DNA of 56,279 nucleotides, filler included, from Dugesia japonica (GCA_001938525.1; 5 parts of 5 records of this genome joined end to end with filler, not necessarily neighbours in it), one strand, 5' to 3'; positions 25,935 to 39,958 are shown, counted from the whole stretch's first letter. Notes: generated by a model from the sequence alone, not told the origin. Numbers and translations: made by a program.

Positions 25935-28749
25935 AGAATTTTTATTTTCCATGTATTACTTTCCTTAAATGATGTTAGAATGCTACGTGAGTGGTATTTA
26001 TATTACTCATCTTGCATTTGTATTGATGAATAGAATATTTATATTGAGAATAATACCTGCAAGAATCAAGTATTATGTATTAAGACTTAATGCTATCGAG
26101 TATTGTACTGTTTATGTGCTAAGACTTGATGATAGTGAGTATTGTGTATGTTAATACTTGATAGCGTGAATTGTAAACTTTGACTTAAACCTTTTGATAA
26201 CGAATTTTAGACTTTCTGTTTAGATTTTGATTATAGTTAGATAATTGTATGAAATATGATATAGGGTTTGAATGAATATTTATTGGAATGAACAGTTATT
26301 TTAAAAGGATATTACTATATAAAGGGGAAAATACGTGAATAATTGACTGAATTATTTGATTTGATTGAATGAACAATTGGTGGATTGTATGAGTAATAGA
26401 ATGCCATTATGATAAACCCATAGAAAAGTAAATATTTATAAATTCCTCCGGGAAAATTAACATTTTATTAAATTTATTAACATTTAATAAATCAATTTTT
26501 AATAAGTAATTATACAAAAGAATTAGCGGAGCATGGATCTTATTGGCACTTGACAGTATTAAAATTAATAATTTCCACGCATTTCTTTCCTTAAATAATG
26601 CTAGAATGTCACGAGAGTGGCATTAATAATGCACTAATCTTGTATTTAGTTTGTAGTCATACTTTTCATGTAATTGAATCACACTGCACATGTCATGGAC
26701 TCATACTAAGAGAGCAATACATTAGAATATACTTTTATTAGATGATTAAAAAGATAATGGAAATTTTAACCAGTTTGAAAAAAAGTTCCTGTAACTTTTC
26801 ATCAATTTGAAAAACGTTCTTGTAAATTTTGGAATTATTTTCCCATTCTTTTACAAAGAATTTTTGAAGATGATGGAAAATAAGTGGTGTAAGTGTGTTT
26901 AAAACAACAAGGTAAAATTTTTGTGAGATTGGTGATCATATTTTTAAAATCTTTTGTTTAAAAGAAAGATTTAAAGTATTGATGAAGAATTTAAATAACA
27001 AATATTATTTTAATGATAAATTAAAACTTTTGAGTAAACGGAAATTTGTCTTAAATTTTAAATAAATAAATAAAATGTTTGAAATAAATTAAATTAAATA
27101 AAAATAAATAAATTACAGTTTTCGACAGGGAAAAATGATCACCAATGAAAACACAGGATTTTAATTTATTTAAATAAACATATAGTGCTAAGCATAGTTT
27201 TTATTTTAATAAATTTGTTAGGACTTTAGGATTTGATGTTTTAATTCTTCAAATTCATTCCTTACGCTTTTTGGTAATTATTACCTTATCTGCATGTCTA
27301 GGGGCATACCTAAAATCCACAAGTATTTATGTCACCTCTCGATAGGCTGANNNNNNNNNNNNNNNNNNNNNNNNNNNNNNNNNNNNNNNNNNNNNNNNNN
27401 NNNNNNNNNNNNNNNNNNNNNNNNNNNNNNNNNNNNNNNNNNNNNNNNNNNNNNNNNNNNNNNNNNNNNNNNNNNNNNNNNNNNNNNNNNNNNNNNNNNN
27501 NNNNNNNNNNNNNNNNNNNNNNNNNNNNNNNTATCATCAGATTCAGACAAGGCAAAAAGATGACTGGACCAAATTAATTAATTCTATAATAATATTAAAC
27601 GCTAATGAGTGTTATTTATAATAAATAAAACGGGTCGTAGAGACTTTTTTAATATATTATTATATTATTGTAGATTATTTCTATTATTTAATTTTTCATT
27701 CTCTTTCAGCTCATACAAATTCTATTTCTGTAAGATGAAATGTGGGTCCTCTACGCCCGATTTTCGATTTTTGATATTTTAACAATTAATTTTATAATAA
27801 TTATACTAATAATAATNNNNNNNNNNNNNNNNNNNNNNNNNNNNNNNNNNNNNNNNNNNNNNNNNNNNNNNNNNNNNNNNNNNNNNNNNNNNNNNNNNNN
27901 NNNNNNNNNNNNNNNNNNNNNNNNNNNNNNNNNNNNNNNNNNNNNNNNNNNNNNNNNNNNNNNNNNNNNNNNNNNNNNNNNNNNNNNNNNNNNNNNNNNN
28001 NNNNNNNNNNNNNNNNNNNNNNNNNNNNNNNNNNNNNNNNNNNNNNNNNNNNNNNNNNNNNNNNNNNNNNNNNNNNNNNNNNNNNNNNNNNNNNNNNNNN
28101 NNNNNGGATAAATTAATAAATTCAGTATAATTAGTGACTAGATTTATTTTATTATATATTTTGTATGATCAAACCTTTAATTCCAAAGGCAAAACTTGTA
28201 TTTTCTTTGATATGTCCATAATTCTTCAACGATGAACAATTATTTTCAATAACAAAATCATATAATAATGTATAAGTTATACTCAAAATATTGATTTTAC
28301 TAACAATCTAACAAGGTATTTGTCTATCTAAAGAAAATGGAACCCATAAAGCCAAGGTGCACCAGTGAAACTAAGGAGCAAGCAAATAGTATAAGATTTT
28401 ATTGAAAGGAATACCTATATTTTACAAGATAAAACTCATAATTCTCATGTTGAAACTTAATTGTATTACTTATTCGTCATTTAATTTTTCATTTCAATTT
28501 AAATCTTTTTCAAAAAAGATTTCAAGAAAAACGATTACCAACTACACAAAAATTTCAACTAGCTTAAAACATACTCACAGTAATGATAATAGATTATGAA
28601 TTTAATTATTGACTGTGATATAATGATGAAATATTTATTATCAATGATGAATTCAGTTAATGGCAATGATAACAAGTTATAAAATTATTTAACACCTATG
28701 ATAATATGTTATGAAAATTTTTAATGTCATGCATTGAATTAATAACAGT

Positions 28750-29576
28750 TGACTTTGAATTCTTGACCATTTCGCTGATATTTGTCTAGTCAAATATTGG
28801 CGTTGACGAATAACAGTTTTTATCTTATAAAGGTTATACAGTTGTAGCGGTGTACATTTGAGATCAAATGTGAACCGTTCGAAGCTAGAGATGCACATAC
28901 TGTAATCGAACTTACTCTAGTTAAAATTGCACAAGCTGATTGAAACGTTCAATTATGAAACCGATCACAGCNCAATTCCACAATTAGTTGAATTTTCTTA
29001 GTAGCCTGGTCATGAGTATCAAATATCAAAAAGGGGAACTACTCAGCATTAAAAACAAGGAGTCAAGATCAGAATTCGAGATTTGTGTACAATGCAAAAC
29101 CAATACGAAGAAACCAAACTAGATAAACTTAGGAGGNNNNNNNNNNNNNNNNNNNNNNNNNNNNNNNNNNNNNNNNNNNNNNNNNNTGACTTTGAATTCT
29201 TGACCATTTCGCTGATATTTGTCTAGTCAAATATTGGCGTTGACGAATAACAGTTTTTATTTTATAAAGGTTATACAGTTGTAGCGGTGTACATTTGAGA
29301 TCAAATGTAAACCATTCGAAGCTAGAGATGCACATACTGTAATCGAACTTACTCTAGTTAAAATTGCACAAGCTGATTCAAACGTTCAATTATGAAACCG
29401 ATCACAGCGCAATTCCACAATTAGTTGAATTTTCTTAGTAGCCTGGTCACGAGTATCAAATATCAAAAAGGGGAACTACTCAGCATTAAAAACAAGGAGT
29501 CAAGATCAGAATTCGAGACTTGTGTACAATGCAAAACCAATACGAAGAAACCAAACTAGATAAACTTAGGAGGCCG
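28750..29576. repeat. About 390-bp direct duplication flanking a 50-N gap
   Basis: 28750-29136 is nearly identical to 29187-29576, with a handful of substitutions. Confidence 0.9.
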
Positions 29577-30030
29577 AGACTGAATGTAGTAGATAAAGAT
29601 CTGGATGGCTAGACAGAAGAGATATCAGAGAAAGAGGTCGATGAGACCATTCAGAAGAAGCATGGACTGCTCACGCACGTTTATTAGGAAAAGGTGCTCC
29701 AGTAAATGAAGGACAGGTATAAAATAAATATCTGAAGACAAAAAGATCAAACAAACACATGCTAGGCGTGTCAAAAAGACTATGTCTTGACTGTTAAAAC
29801 CAAAGAAGAAACAGCAAAATTGCAAGTCACAGATATATACATAGACGTATGCGGACCATTAAAGGAGACGACGATACAGATGAAGTATATCCTCGAAATA
29901 ATAAACCAATGTAGCAAGTATTTGGTTTTGGTAGTAATCCGCAAGCAAGATGATAATATAATCCAGAAAGTAATTTCGCAGAATTGGCTGCTCATGTTTT
30001 ATTGCTAAAATCGCATTTACGTGAATTGTG
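29380..30030 (+). pseudogene. Ty3/gypsy pol remnant (RNase H to integrase core)
   Basis: ETDHSAI (TDH motif) followed by IYIDVCGPL...KYILEIINQCSKY...IRKQDD...WLLMF. Confidence 0.8.
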
Positions 30031-30489
30031 GCCTACTGGTCCACAAATTTAGTCAAGTTTTTTATTTTTTTTAATGAAATGAAATTAAATTTTTACAATT
30101 GTTACTTCTTTCTATTTCTCAATGGTTGATTAACGAGACCACAAAATAAACATGCAGATGACGGGTGAAGAAGCGTTGAATCGTAAATGAGAAGTTCTGT
30201 CATTCGTAGCAGTACCGCATAATACATAAGTCTCACTCAAAAAATTCTCCATTGACCTTGAAGGTGGCGTGTGTATGTGTTTTCGTGTTATGTGGCAGCG
30301 CTGGTTACATGGCGGTTATTTTATCACAGCTCATTAAAGTTTCAACGGTAGTGTGGAAATATATTCTTGAAAATCGTTTACCCTTGAACCCTTCTGAGTT
30401 TTCTGACTAAGAAAACGTATTTTATAATCTNATTAGGTGCTATTCAACTATTTTTAAGGTTTGTACATATTCGTTTTTTTACTTGTTAC

Positions 30490-30763
30490 GGCGGTCGGCC
30501 CTCGATTTATAGGCCCCCTACACGCTCAAGTATTTTACTGTGAAATATTAAAAAAGCTAGTTTAATTAATAATATTTATTTAATTATTTTTAATTACTTA
30601 CTTTAGATTTTTGTTGCAATTATTAAAAAACACTCTTATTATTTTAATAAATGTTTTTAAATTACTAATGTACTTTTTTGAAANTTTTTTTTCTTAAATT
30701 TAATATTGTGGGCCTACGTCACCGATATTTCCCTGGCCTAAATATGTTTCCAGTCCAGCCCTG
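30490..30763. mobile_element. hAT element end
   Basis: GGCCC/GGGCC subterminal motifs and terminal cagtccagccctg. Confidence 0.45.
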
Positions 30764-31878
30764 GATACTGGCAAATCATTTAAATGATCAAGGAGTTCGT
30801 TAGATGCTTATATAATACTATAAGAAAGTTTTTTTAATTTGCTATTGATTTTTGTATTGTAAATTTGTAATTATATATTTCTTATTATTTTATAATTTTA
30901 TGTTAATAATAATATTATGTTAAGTTATTATTGTATTTTTATCTGCCATTTATTGTTCTATTCATTTAACTTAAATAAAAAATTTTCCTTATAAATGTAA
31001 ATATTTAAACAAAAAGGTAAATATGTAATTTTAAATAATTTTAAAATAAAAATACGCGCACAATTTATATTTAATCAACCATAAAATTGCAAATTGACCC
31101 GAAAATTGAAATAAATTTAAATTAGATACAAAAAAATATTAGCAAAAGTTACGTAATCTCACATAAATTTTAATCGCCGCTTAAATACATTACAAATTTC
31201 TAAACCACTTTTTATTGACAACATAACCTTTAAATTCAAATTCAGACTCATATTTGCATAGTTTTATATTTTATGCATTTCAATAGTTTTCCTAACCCTC
31301 AATAGATGTGAGAACGTATTTTATTATCAAAATCACTAATTTGCTTTTGAAAAGTTTAAATGTCAGCATAACATTTTCCCCGTAGAAATAATTTTGGGAA
31401 GAAAGTATTAAGTCTGTAAATTGATAAGCAAATTATATCAATGTTTCACTGATAATAAAAGAGATTCGTGAATATAGAACTCGAGTGAAAGAAGGAATGA
31501 ATGTACTTAGGCATGAATTGAAGTCACCAGTCTACTTCGAAGATCAGACTCTACAGACACCTGATTTTATTTTTGGTGATTCTTAAGAATCCCTGGTTGA
31601 ATTGAAGTCTCAGAACTTGGAATAAACGAGTGCAATCTGGATCACTATTAGATATAATTCATTTATAGATTATAATAATTAAAACAATGAAATGATTAAA
31701 AAATCGAAGATTTTAACGACATTAAATCCATATATCAAAATTACTTGTATAACGAAACCAGTATTTAATAATAAAAATAAATTTTATTGTCAAAATTCCA
31801 AAAAGATTATTTTATATTCATAAAAACAACCAAATAAAATTAAAAGAATCTCGTCTTTTATTTTATAAATTTCAGATT

Positions 31879-32204
31879 TTAAAATTTATTAATTTTGAAG
31901 CATCTCAATAGTTGATCTTTCACCCCAAATTTATAATAACATTTCGATTTAAATAAACAAACTTTGTATTTTATGCAAAGCCCATTTCGTATTTTGTACA
32001 CAAAATTACGATGATACATTGGATAAGGGCATCGTCTTGGTTTGCAATTATTTTTACATATTTTTTTTGATCGATGCCATCGTTTATTGTGTTGATTGTA
32101 TTTATTGGTGCTAAGAATAAATTGACAGTACCTATCGCACATCGATCGACAGTTGCAATACAATTTCTTTTTCGAATTTTCTCGAATCACTGGTGGAAAA
32201 CAGA
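31879..32204 (-). CDS. Candidate terminal exon of an orphan cysteine-rich basic protein
   Basis: About 108 open codons with 12 Cys and many K/R in very AT-rich DNA; acceptor-like aataatttag at 32205-32214 on the minus strand. No upstream exon identified. Confidence 0.45.
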
Positions 32205-33899
32205 CTAAATTATTTAAATTTTTAATTTTCATATACTCAATTTTAAAACTCATTAAAAAAACACACTTCAAATATCTACTTTAATTTTGAGAAATTCTTC
32301 GTTTTTCATTGCATATTAATACAATTATAAATCATCAATATAAAACAAAGTTTAAAATAAATGGTCAATCAGTTTATATGAACACTAAACAACCGAGAAC
32401 TTTTTATCACTCTATTTTTACCATCAAAGTATCTATTAGATAGAGAATTTTATGAGAAGTATGAAAAACATAATTAAAAATCGTCAATCTTTATCCTTAA
32501 TTAAATAAATAAAAATGCAAGTACTTGATATTAGGTGGTCCCAGAGAGTATAAAAAGTCAACACAAATTTATAAGCCATCAAATAAAATTAAAATTCATA
32601 ACATCAAATTTTAATAAATTAGTTGTAATTATTTAATTAATCATCATAAATTTAATTCAACAATAAGTAAAATTCGACTAAGTAATCGTAAATGAAACAA
32701 TAAAATGATAATTAAAGTCATTTAAATTCAAATTTCAGAAGTTAAATTATGTGAAAAGCATACATGTTTAATAATAATTAAAATAAAATGTCCAAATTAA
32801 ATAAAATCAACAAATTCAACATGATTTCAATACATTTTTCATATAATTCATAAAACCAGGAACACAATTCAAATGATTTTACCCTAGTTTCATGAAACCT
32901 GGATCATTTTTCATTATAATACCACAAATCTGGAACATTTTCATGAAATTTGGAACACCATTCATATTATTTGACTCTAAATTCAAAGTAAATCATAAGT
33001 ATCACAATAAAAAAAANNNNNNNNNNNNNNNNNNNNNNNNNNNNNNNNNNNNNNNNNNNNNNNNNNNNNNNNNNNNNNNNNNNNNNNNNNNNNNNNNNNN
33101 NNNNNNNNNNNNNNNNNNNNNNNNNNNNNNNNNNNNNNNNNNNNNNNNNNNNNNNNNNNNNNNNNNNNNNNNNTTTTTAAATTATGACGATATAAAACGT
33201 GTTCATATAAAATTATGGCATACATGTTTTTATTTAGTTAATTAAATTGATGCAATTAAACAAACATCAATTTCGTTAATATTAGTATTTACTATTTCCC
33301 GGAAGTAATCATATTTGTTAAAACTTTTATTTTACATGTTGAAGTGTTAATTTTTCATATTGAAAAACTATTTTCAATTCATTCTGTTCATTAACATCCA
33401 AGTTTCATTAATGACGTACATGTATGAATCATGTTCTATGATTTATTTGCACATATATTTATATATTCATATTGATTGGGTGAATTTTTATAAAAAGACA
33501 AGTTAGCAATCGTGAAATTATTATTATTTGTAATTTTTACTGTAACTCTATTATAAACATTTTTTATTATTCTGTAACAGTTTATTTAGATGGATTTTAT
33601 TTTTATTAATAAATCTTTATTATGGAAAATGAGGCTTTTGATATTACACTAGTTTCTAACAGTTATTGTTATACTTTTATTATTATTACTGAATTATCTC
33701 CCCGATAATATTAACATCAGAAATCAATGTGTTTTACGTAGTAATTATATGAATGAATTAACTGGTCAGGAAATTTGTTGTTAATTGTCAGTATTAGAAT
33801 CACTATTTTCCATGATTATAATTACCTTTCCTTGATGTTTGAAGAGTGACATTTATATTGCACTAATTTTGCGCTAGTATAGTACTCAAACTATGTATG

Positions 33900-34980
33900 T
33901 AATATGTAGAACTTGTTCATCTTATTTTCTCGACATTAATGCCTTCTACCCGCTCTCTTTCTTCATGTTGTTCCACTCTTAAAATATGTGTGGATGCTTG
34001 CCGGATTGAGTAATCTCGTTGAGAAATTTGGTTGTGAAATTCATAGCATTAACAGGATCTTCAGATACAACTGAATCGACATTATATTGAATTTCAGGCT
34101 CACATGGAAGTCGGAAAATGATTTTGCGATTCATCTCAAGAGCTTGTACAATTGGTTGCTGCAACGATCAATTAGTTTGACAATTACTCATTGCTGAGGT
34201 TTCCAGGATTTTTGCCAAAAATTGCGTTTATTAAGCTGCCATTCGCAATCATAGCTGGAGAAACTTGGATTAACTGGATGAGCTCTGGTCGCGATGAGAA
34301 ATAATTTTACGAACAATTCCTTCACGGACCTCAATAAGTCACACATAATGCTCTTGCTGATTTTTGCTTCACATGTTAGCTAATAGTGTCAAGTGCCAGA
34401 GGTAACACCATAATAGACTTGACTTGATACAGCGATCAATGATATCAAANNNNNNNNNNNNNNNNNNAAAATCGTTACCGACAATAAAAACATTGCCACA
34501 GAAGACCTGATCGATCTGCATTATCTTATGAAGTAAGATATTGATGAATCTAAGATATTCCTTAGGGAACATCATGACTTCATTGATGAAGATAAACTTT
34601 GCATCACGCAGAATTGAAGCATCATTTAATGCCAAACGCATCGATGAAATAGAAGTATCCAGAAGAAAAACTGGGAATATCAACAGTTCTGCCTCCTTTT
34701 AAAAGTATCACTACAATGTTGGTTGTCGCAAATTTAAGTTAAATTTGATCACTACCTCGCACAAATAACAAAATTTCTTATACAGGAAAGTTTTCGCTGA
34801 TCCATCAGGGCTGTTGAGATTGAAGCAGCGAGTTAGTTAATCGTCAAAATTGAGAGCATTACGAAGCGTGTCAAAAGCCTGTGGTTCAGTCTATCGATAT
34901 TGATTTTTGCAATGCATCCCTTGTGTAAAATGTCGTAAGGCAAATTTTTAACTGGAGCATTTCCCCGAGGACTGGGAAGA
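33900..34980 (-). pseudogene. Helitron RepHel PIF1-helicase remnant
   Basis: Decayed motifs in order: SPDGSAKTFLY (Walker A), LLKGGRTV, IFINEVMM, FCG..FIVGNDF, IKSSLLW, L.ANM, FLNEITQSGKHPH. Confidence 0.85.
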
Positions 34981-35040
34981 CATTCAACAAATTTTAAAAA
35001 ATTTCTAAAATTGCAATTTTTTATTGTAGATTTAAAATTT

Positions 35041-35510
35041 TCTATAATTATATATAAAAAATCCAGTGGTGTCTGTTTGTTTGTGCGTGATGTTCAATAT
35101 TATTCATAACCCACTGGTGTATGTTTTTTTAATTTATTGGAAAATATATTAAAGTTTAAAATATTGAGCCTTATAATTACAATTATTGAGAGAATAATTG
35201 TTGGACTTAACCATTGATCGCATTTCAGATTTCAATAAAATAAAGTAATAGCTTCGATCAAATTAAATTGTGGTTTTATTGATATTCAAATTTAAAACTT
35301 TTATCTTCTTTATGAATATTGAACATCACGTAAAAACCAACAAACAAACATGCATACAATTAATTGAAAATTTTAAAAGGTTTAATNNNNNNNNNNNNNN
35401 NNNNNNNNNNNNNNNNNNNNNNNNNNNNNNNNNNNNNNNNNCGCACAAATAAAGAGACAAATAAACATACAAACAAGCATAGATCACTGGGCTTTTCATA
35501 TAATTATTAT
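35041..35510. mobile_element. Two inverted Helitron-like 5' ends
   Basis: tctataattatatataaaaaatccagtg..gtctgtttgtttg..cgtgatgttcaatatt at 35041-35108, and an inverted related copy at 35310-35510. Confidence 0.45.
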
Positions 35511-36689
35511 TATTGATAATTTTAAAGAAATGAAGATTCAGCTAATCATCGGTATGTTCAAATCCAGCGAAAGATCATTTATTTTCAGTTTGTTTTTAAA
35601 TGTTATTTCATTAAGATTAAGGATTGACGATTTTTAACTATGTTATTCTTAGAGTTAAATTCTCTATCGAATAGTTACCTTGTTGCTTAATTTGAGTTAC
35701 TTTTTATTTTTTTAATAGTCCTCGATGGAGACTCTAATTTAAAAAGCATAATTTTAATTGTTAATNNNNNNNNNNNNNNNNNNNNNNNNNNNNNNNNNNN
35801 NNNNNNNNNNNNNNNNNNNNNNNNNNNNNNNNNNNNNNNNNNNNNNNNNNNNNNNNNNNNNNNNNNNNNNNNNNNNNNNNNNNNNNNNNNNNNNNNNNNN
35901 NNNNNNNNNNNNNNNNNNNNNNNNNNATTAATTAAAATTGTAAGATAAAAATAGAACATAAATTAAAATACACACTTTTTTCAAAATTACAAGTAAAATA
36001 TAGAAGAGGTTAAATAATTATAATTAAATGCAAGATTTATAGAAAAAAAANNNNNNNNNNNNNNNNNNNNNNNNNNNNNNNNNNNNNNNNNNNNNNNNNN
36101 TTCAAGTTTTATTAACTTTTTCTAAAAATTATTTGAAAATTATTCAATCACTTATTCTCGATTATATGTTATTTATTTATTTATATGTCAAATATTTAGA
36201 AATTATTTCAAATTTATCTAATGCTTAATAAAAANNNNNNNNNNNNNNNNNNNNNNNNNNNNNNNNNNNNNNNNNNNNNNNNNNNNNNNNNNNNNNNNNN
36301 NNNNNNNNNNNNNNNNNNNNNNNNNNNNNNNNNNNNNNNNNNNNNNNNNNNNNNNNNNNNNNNNNNNNNNNNNNNNNNNNNNNNNNNNNNNNNNNNNNNN
36401 NNNNNNNNNNNNNNNNNNNNNNNNNNNNNNNNNNNNNNNATTAACTATTTATGATAAGTTTATTCATTTTTTCTTAGATATATTCACATTAATTTGATTA
36501 AAATAAAATTTTATTACCATTTTAAATAATTATTTGACGCTTTCACATCAATCATAGAAAAAAGTATCTGCAAATTACATAGTTATAAAATTTTAAATCG
36601 ATAATAGCATTTATTCGAATTCAAGTTTAAGTATAAAAGTTGAAATTTTGAATTACTCTAAAATTACTTCAGAACAATAATTAAACAGT

Positions 36690-37360
36690 ATATTTACCAC
36701 TATGGAAGAGTGAAGACCAGAAAATAGCGGAAGAAAACCATCGAAGAGTGAAGACCCACAAAGAACGTGAAAACCAATAAGCGAGAGAAAAAATCAATTA
36801 TCACTTAAAACCAACCAGGATTGTTCAATAATGACCGTCCCGAGGAAATTCCTGACCGGCATTAACCATATTCGAACTCCACGAGAAAATTATTACATTA
36901 AAGCCACTAGGATTCAACTTCGCCGAATAAATATTTGACCAAGATTGCCCATATCAAAAAAATTCCAAACATAGATTAACCCGATTCGACCAAGTAAAAA
37001 GACCTCTACATTCGACCATTCAGAGGAAAAATTTGATCGAATTGTCCGATACCGAGGAAAAATTAAAAAGTTTTAAAATTTCCACAATTTTCAAATTAAT
37101 TAAACAAATCTAACAAAAAAGATTTGCCAACTAAAAACTGGAAAAATTCTATACCACTTAATTCAATTGCATAATATTACATAAAATATATTTTTCCCAA
37201 CTAAATACATGTGAAAAATTCTAAAATAAATTACGTAATATGATGAAATATGGTGTAATATAAAGTCTCAACTAATAACACAGGAATTAAGTAACGTGTA
37301 AAATGTGGAAGAGGGAGAGGTTAGTGTTTCAGTGCGCCACCATCCCTCTATTTAAGATAT
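36690..37360 (+). repeat. Polinton-TIR-like remnant (short repeats then the GGAGAGG..CAGTGCGC motif)
   Basis: Same order of repeat array and motif as at 39660-40035. Confidence 0.35.
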
Positions 37361-37432
37361 TTTACTGGATAAACATTATGATTAATTTTTCAAAAAATCC
37401 TTCGATCAAAATAAAATTTTTTTTGTAAAAAA

Positions 37433-37465
37433 GTTCAGATTTTCGACAATAGCTTCTTCAGGAAC
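37433..37465 (-). ncRNA. Degenerate hammerhead ribozyme core
   Basis: Reverse strand gttc-CTGAAGA-agctattgtc-GAAA-atct-gaac; stem I GUUC/GAAC. Confidence 0.45.
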
Positions 37466-37742
37466 ATTACGACTTCTTGATTTATTCAATGCAATAGATT
37501 TTTTTTACTCAATTCTTTAGATTTTATCGAAATTTTATTGGTTCATTTTAATTATTAATTTTAATTTTTAAATTGACTCATAAATTTTTTAATTAAATAG
37601 AAAAGTCTTTTAGATATTTAGATATATTATAATAAACATTTTTTAAATTTTGTATTTTTTTTTAATTGAAAATTTTATTTTGCGTTTTTTTAAAATTATT
37701 TACTATGTATATACAATTAGGGTTTTTATTTATATTATATAT

Positions 37743-37842
37743 NNNNNNNNNNNNNNNNNNNNNNNNNNNNNNNNNNNNNNNNNNNNTTAATTAATTAANN
37801 NNNNNNNNNNNNNNNNNNNNNNNNNNNNNNNNNNNNNNNNNN
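37743..37842. other. Artificial contig-join spacer
   Basis: N44-TTAATTAATTAA-N44. Confidence 0.95.
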
Positions 37843-38846
37843 AGAAATCCAAGATAAACTGAATGATTTACCTGTTGCAGCAGAACATCAAAGTGCTCCA
37901 GGTAGTAAGGTGAAAACATTAATACTGACTCATTACCCAAAACAAAATTATGTTGTAAATTGGAGATTGGTTCAAATTTATTTGCAATTGGGTGTACAAA
38001 TAACAAAGGTACACTGAGGAGTAAAGTTCAGCCAGGTATCTATTTTCAAACAATATATAGATGTTAACACTAGATTAAGATCAGAGTGTAAATCAGAATT
38101 GAAGAAGAATTATTATAAGCTATTAAATAATAGCCTGTATGGTAAAACAGTTGAGAATTTAAAGAAGAGAATGAATTTAAGCTCAAAAATTGATGACATA
38201 CACATCAAAAGCTGGATTCAGAAAAACAACTAAAATTGATGATGATCTAATAACTGTTTTAATGAACAAAGATATTGTTTGTTTGGATCGACCGAGTTAC
38301 ATAAGACAGACTATACTGGACCTCTCAAAGTTAAGATTGCATCAATTACAGTACATTCAGTTGGAAAAGTACAGAAAGGAAGAGAATACGCAGAGTTTCT
38401 TCCTAGAAGTGGTAGACATAAGTTTGGAAAAACTGACCGAATTAATGAAGAAGGACCAGTTATTAGATACGTCCAATTACAACGCAAGTCATTCCTTTTG
38501 CAGCAACAGTTTAAATTCAGTAATTGTCAAGCTTATGGATGAGAGTAAAGGAAAGAAATATCAAGAATGAATATTTTTGAGACCAAAGTGTTATAGCCTA
38601 CTTAGCGAAAAATAATTAATGAAAGCTAAGGGCATAAAATTGAAAAACACTGACATTTGTCATCAGTCATACCTTGACAGTTATAACAATGATGAAACGG
38701 TCTCAGTAGAGCAATTTCGAATAACATCAAAAAATGATCAGCTCGACAGTATCAAAAGTAAGAAAGTAGCTCTGTCTAATAAGTATGATACACGAATATG
38801 GACAGAAAAAAATTTAAGCTTACCATACGGGCATTATACATCTTAA
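37843..38846 (+). pseudogene. Polinton protein-primed DNA polymerase B, C-terminal half
   Basis: YLQLGVQITKVH, YYKLLNNSLYGKTVEN (motif B), ILDLSK, decayed motif C (NTQSFF), LDTSNY, FLRPKCYS, KAKGI, KKVALS..D.R, LPYGHY; stops and frameshifts. Confidence 0.92.
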
Positions 38847-39072
38847 TACTTTTCCTCAATCAAGATCACTCTAACTCAATCAATCTAAATCCAATCTACT
38901 TCAAGATACGACTTTATTTCATTTTAAATAATATTTAAAACTTTTATAATTTGGAAAAAGAAGGAAAATGTATATATGTGAACGTGTATCAGTCCTCTTT
39001 AGGACCACAAATATTGATTGAGAGTATATCAATCCTCTTTAAGGCTCCAAATTATAAGTTTGATAAAGAAAC

Positions 39073-39237
39073 TTAAACAAAGAAAATGTAATACAGATGC
39101 AAGTCATCAAAAACCTGAGTCATACATGTGCAACATGAATGCAAGTTAAACAAAGAAAATTTAACATGAATACAAGTATACAAAGAGCATGAGTAATGTA
39201 GGTGTGCAATAAGAATGCAAGTTAAACAAAGAAAATA
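39073..39237. repeat. Three copies of an about 75-bp repeat
   Basis: ttaaacaaagaaaat at about 39073, 39146 and 39222, with internal atgcaagt sub-repeats. Confidence 0.7.
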
Positions 39238-39796
39238 AAGTTGCAACAATTGTCAATATAAACAAAATCATTTTATCAATAATGAATTTAGATAAAGTTA
39301 TAGATGATATGGTTGAATATATTGATATAAACTATTCTAATGAAAATCAAAAAAATGTTGTAGAATTGAATGAAGAAGAGAAACATTTGTAGAAGCTATA
39401 GGTAAGATATTTTTATTTATTTTATTATTTAAATAATGAATAACTTAGAAAATATTCAAGAGGATACCACTTCAACAGTTATATTTGAATATTTTGATTG
39501 TTAACTATATTTTATCAAATAAATATTTGTTTTAAAATTGTTTTTTATTTTCATTAGTAGTGTAACAAATATGCTTCAAAAACAGTTTTAAAAAAAATAA
39601 CATTTTAAATTAAAAAATTAAAACAAAAAAAATAATACAATAAAACAAAAATATTAAACCTGTCTAGAACATTTTAATATTAATTCGGCCTGGAGAACTT
39701 TCACATTAATTCTGCCTGGACGGTAGTTGACATTGACCTAATAAAGATTTTCATGGAAATGTCCTTGACCTACATTCATTTGACCTTCAAATATTC

Positions 39797-39958
39797 TCCC
39801 AATAAGAACTGAGTATACTAAATAAATCTGACCTTGAAAATTCGACCTTGAATAATTTCAACCAATCAGAATCGAGTATACTAGATCACTGACCCTGAAA
39901 ATTAAACCTTAAATTATTTCAACCAATCAGAATCTAGTATACTAGATCAATGACCTTG
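39797..39958. repeat. Three 61-63-bp tandem repeats in the probable TIR
   Basis: ccaat(c/a)agaa..agtatacta...tgacc(t/c)tg at 39799, 39862 and 39923. Confidence 0.85.

Noticed and set aside
32820-32970. Short catgaaa..tgga repeats reading MKNVP/DPGF on the minus strand as a neuropeptide precursor
   Set aside because: The frames are broken by stops, and there are no dibasic or amidation sites.
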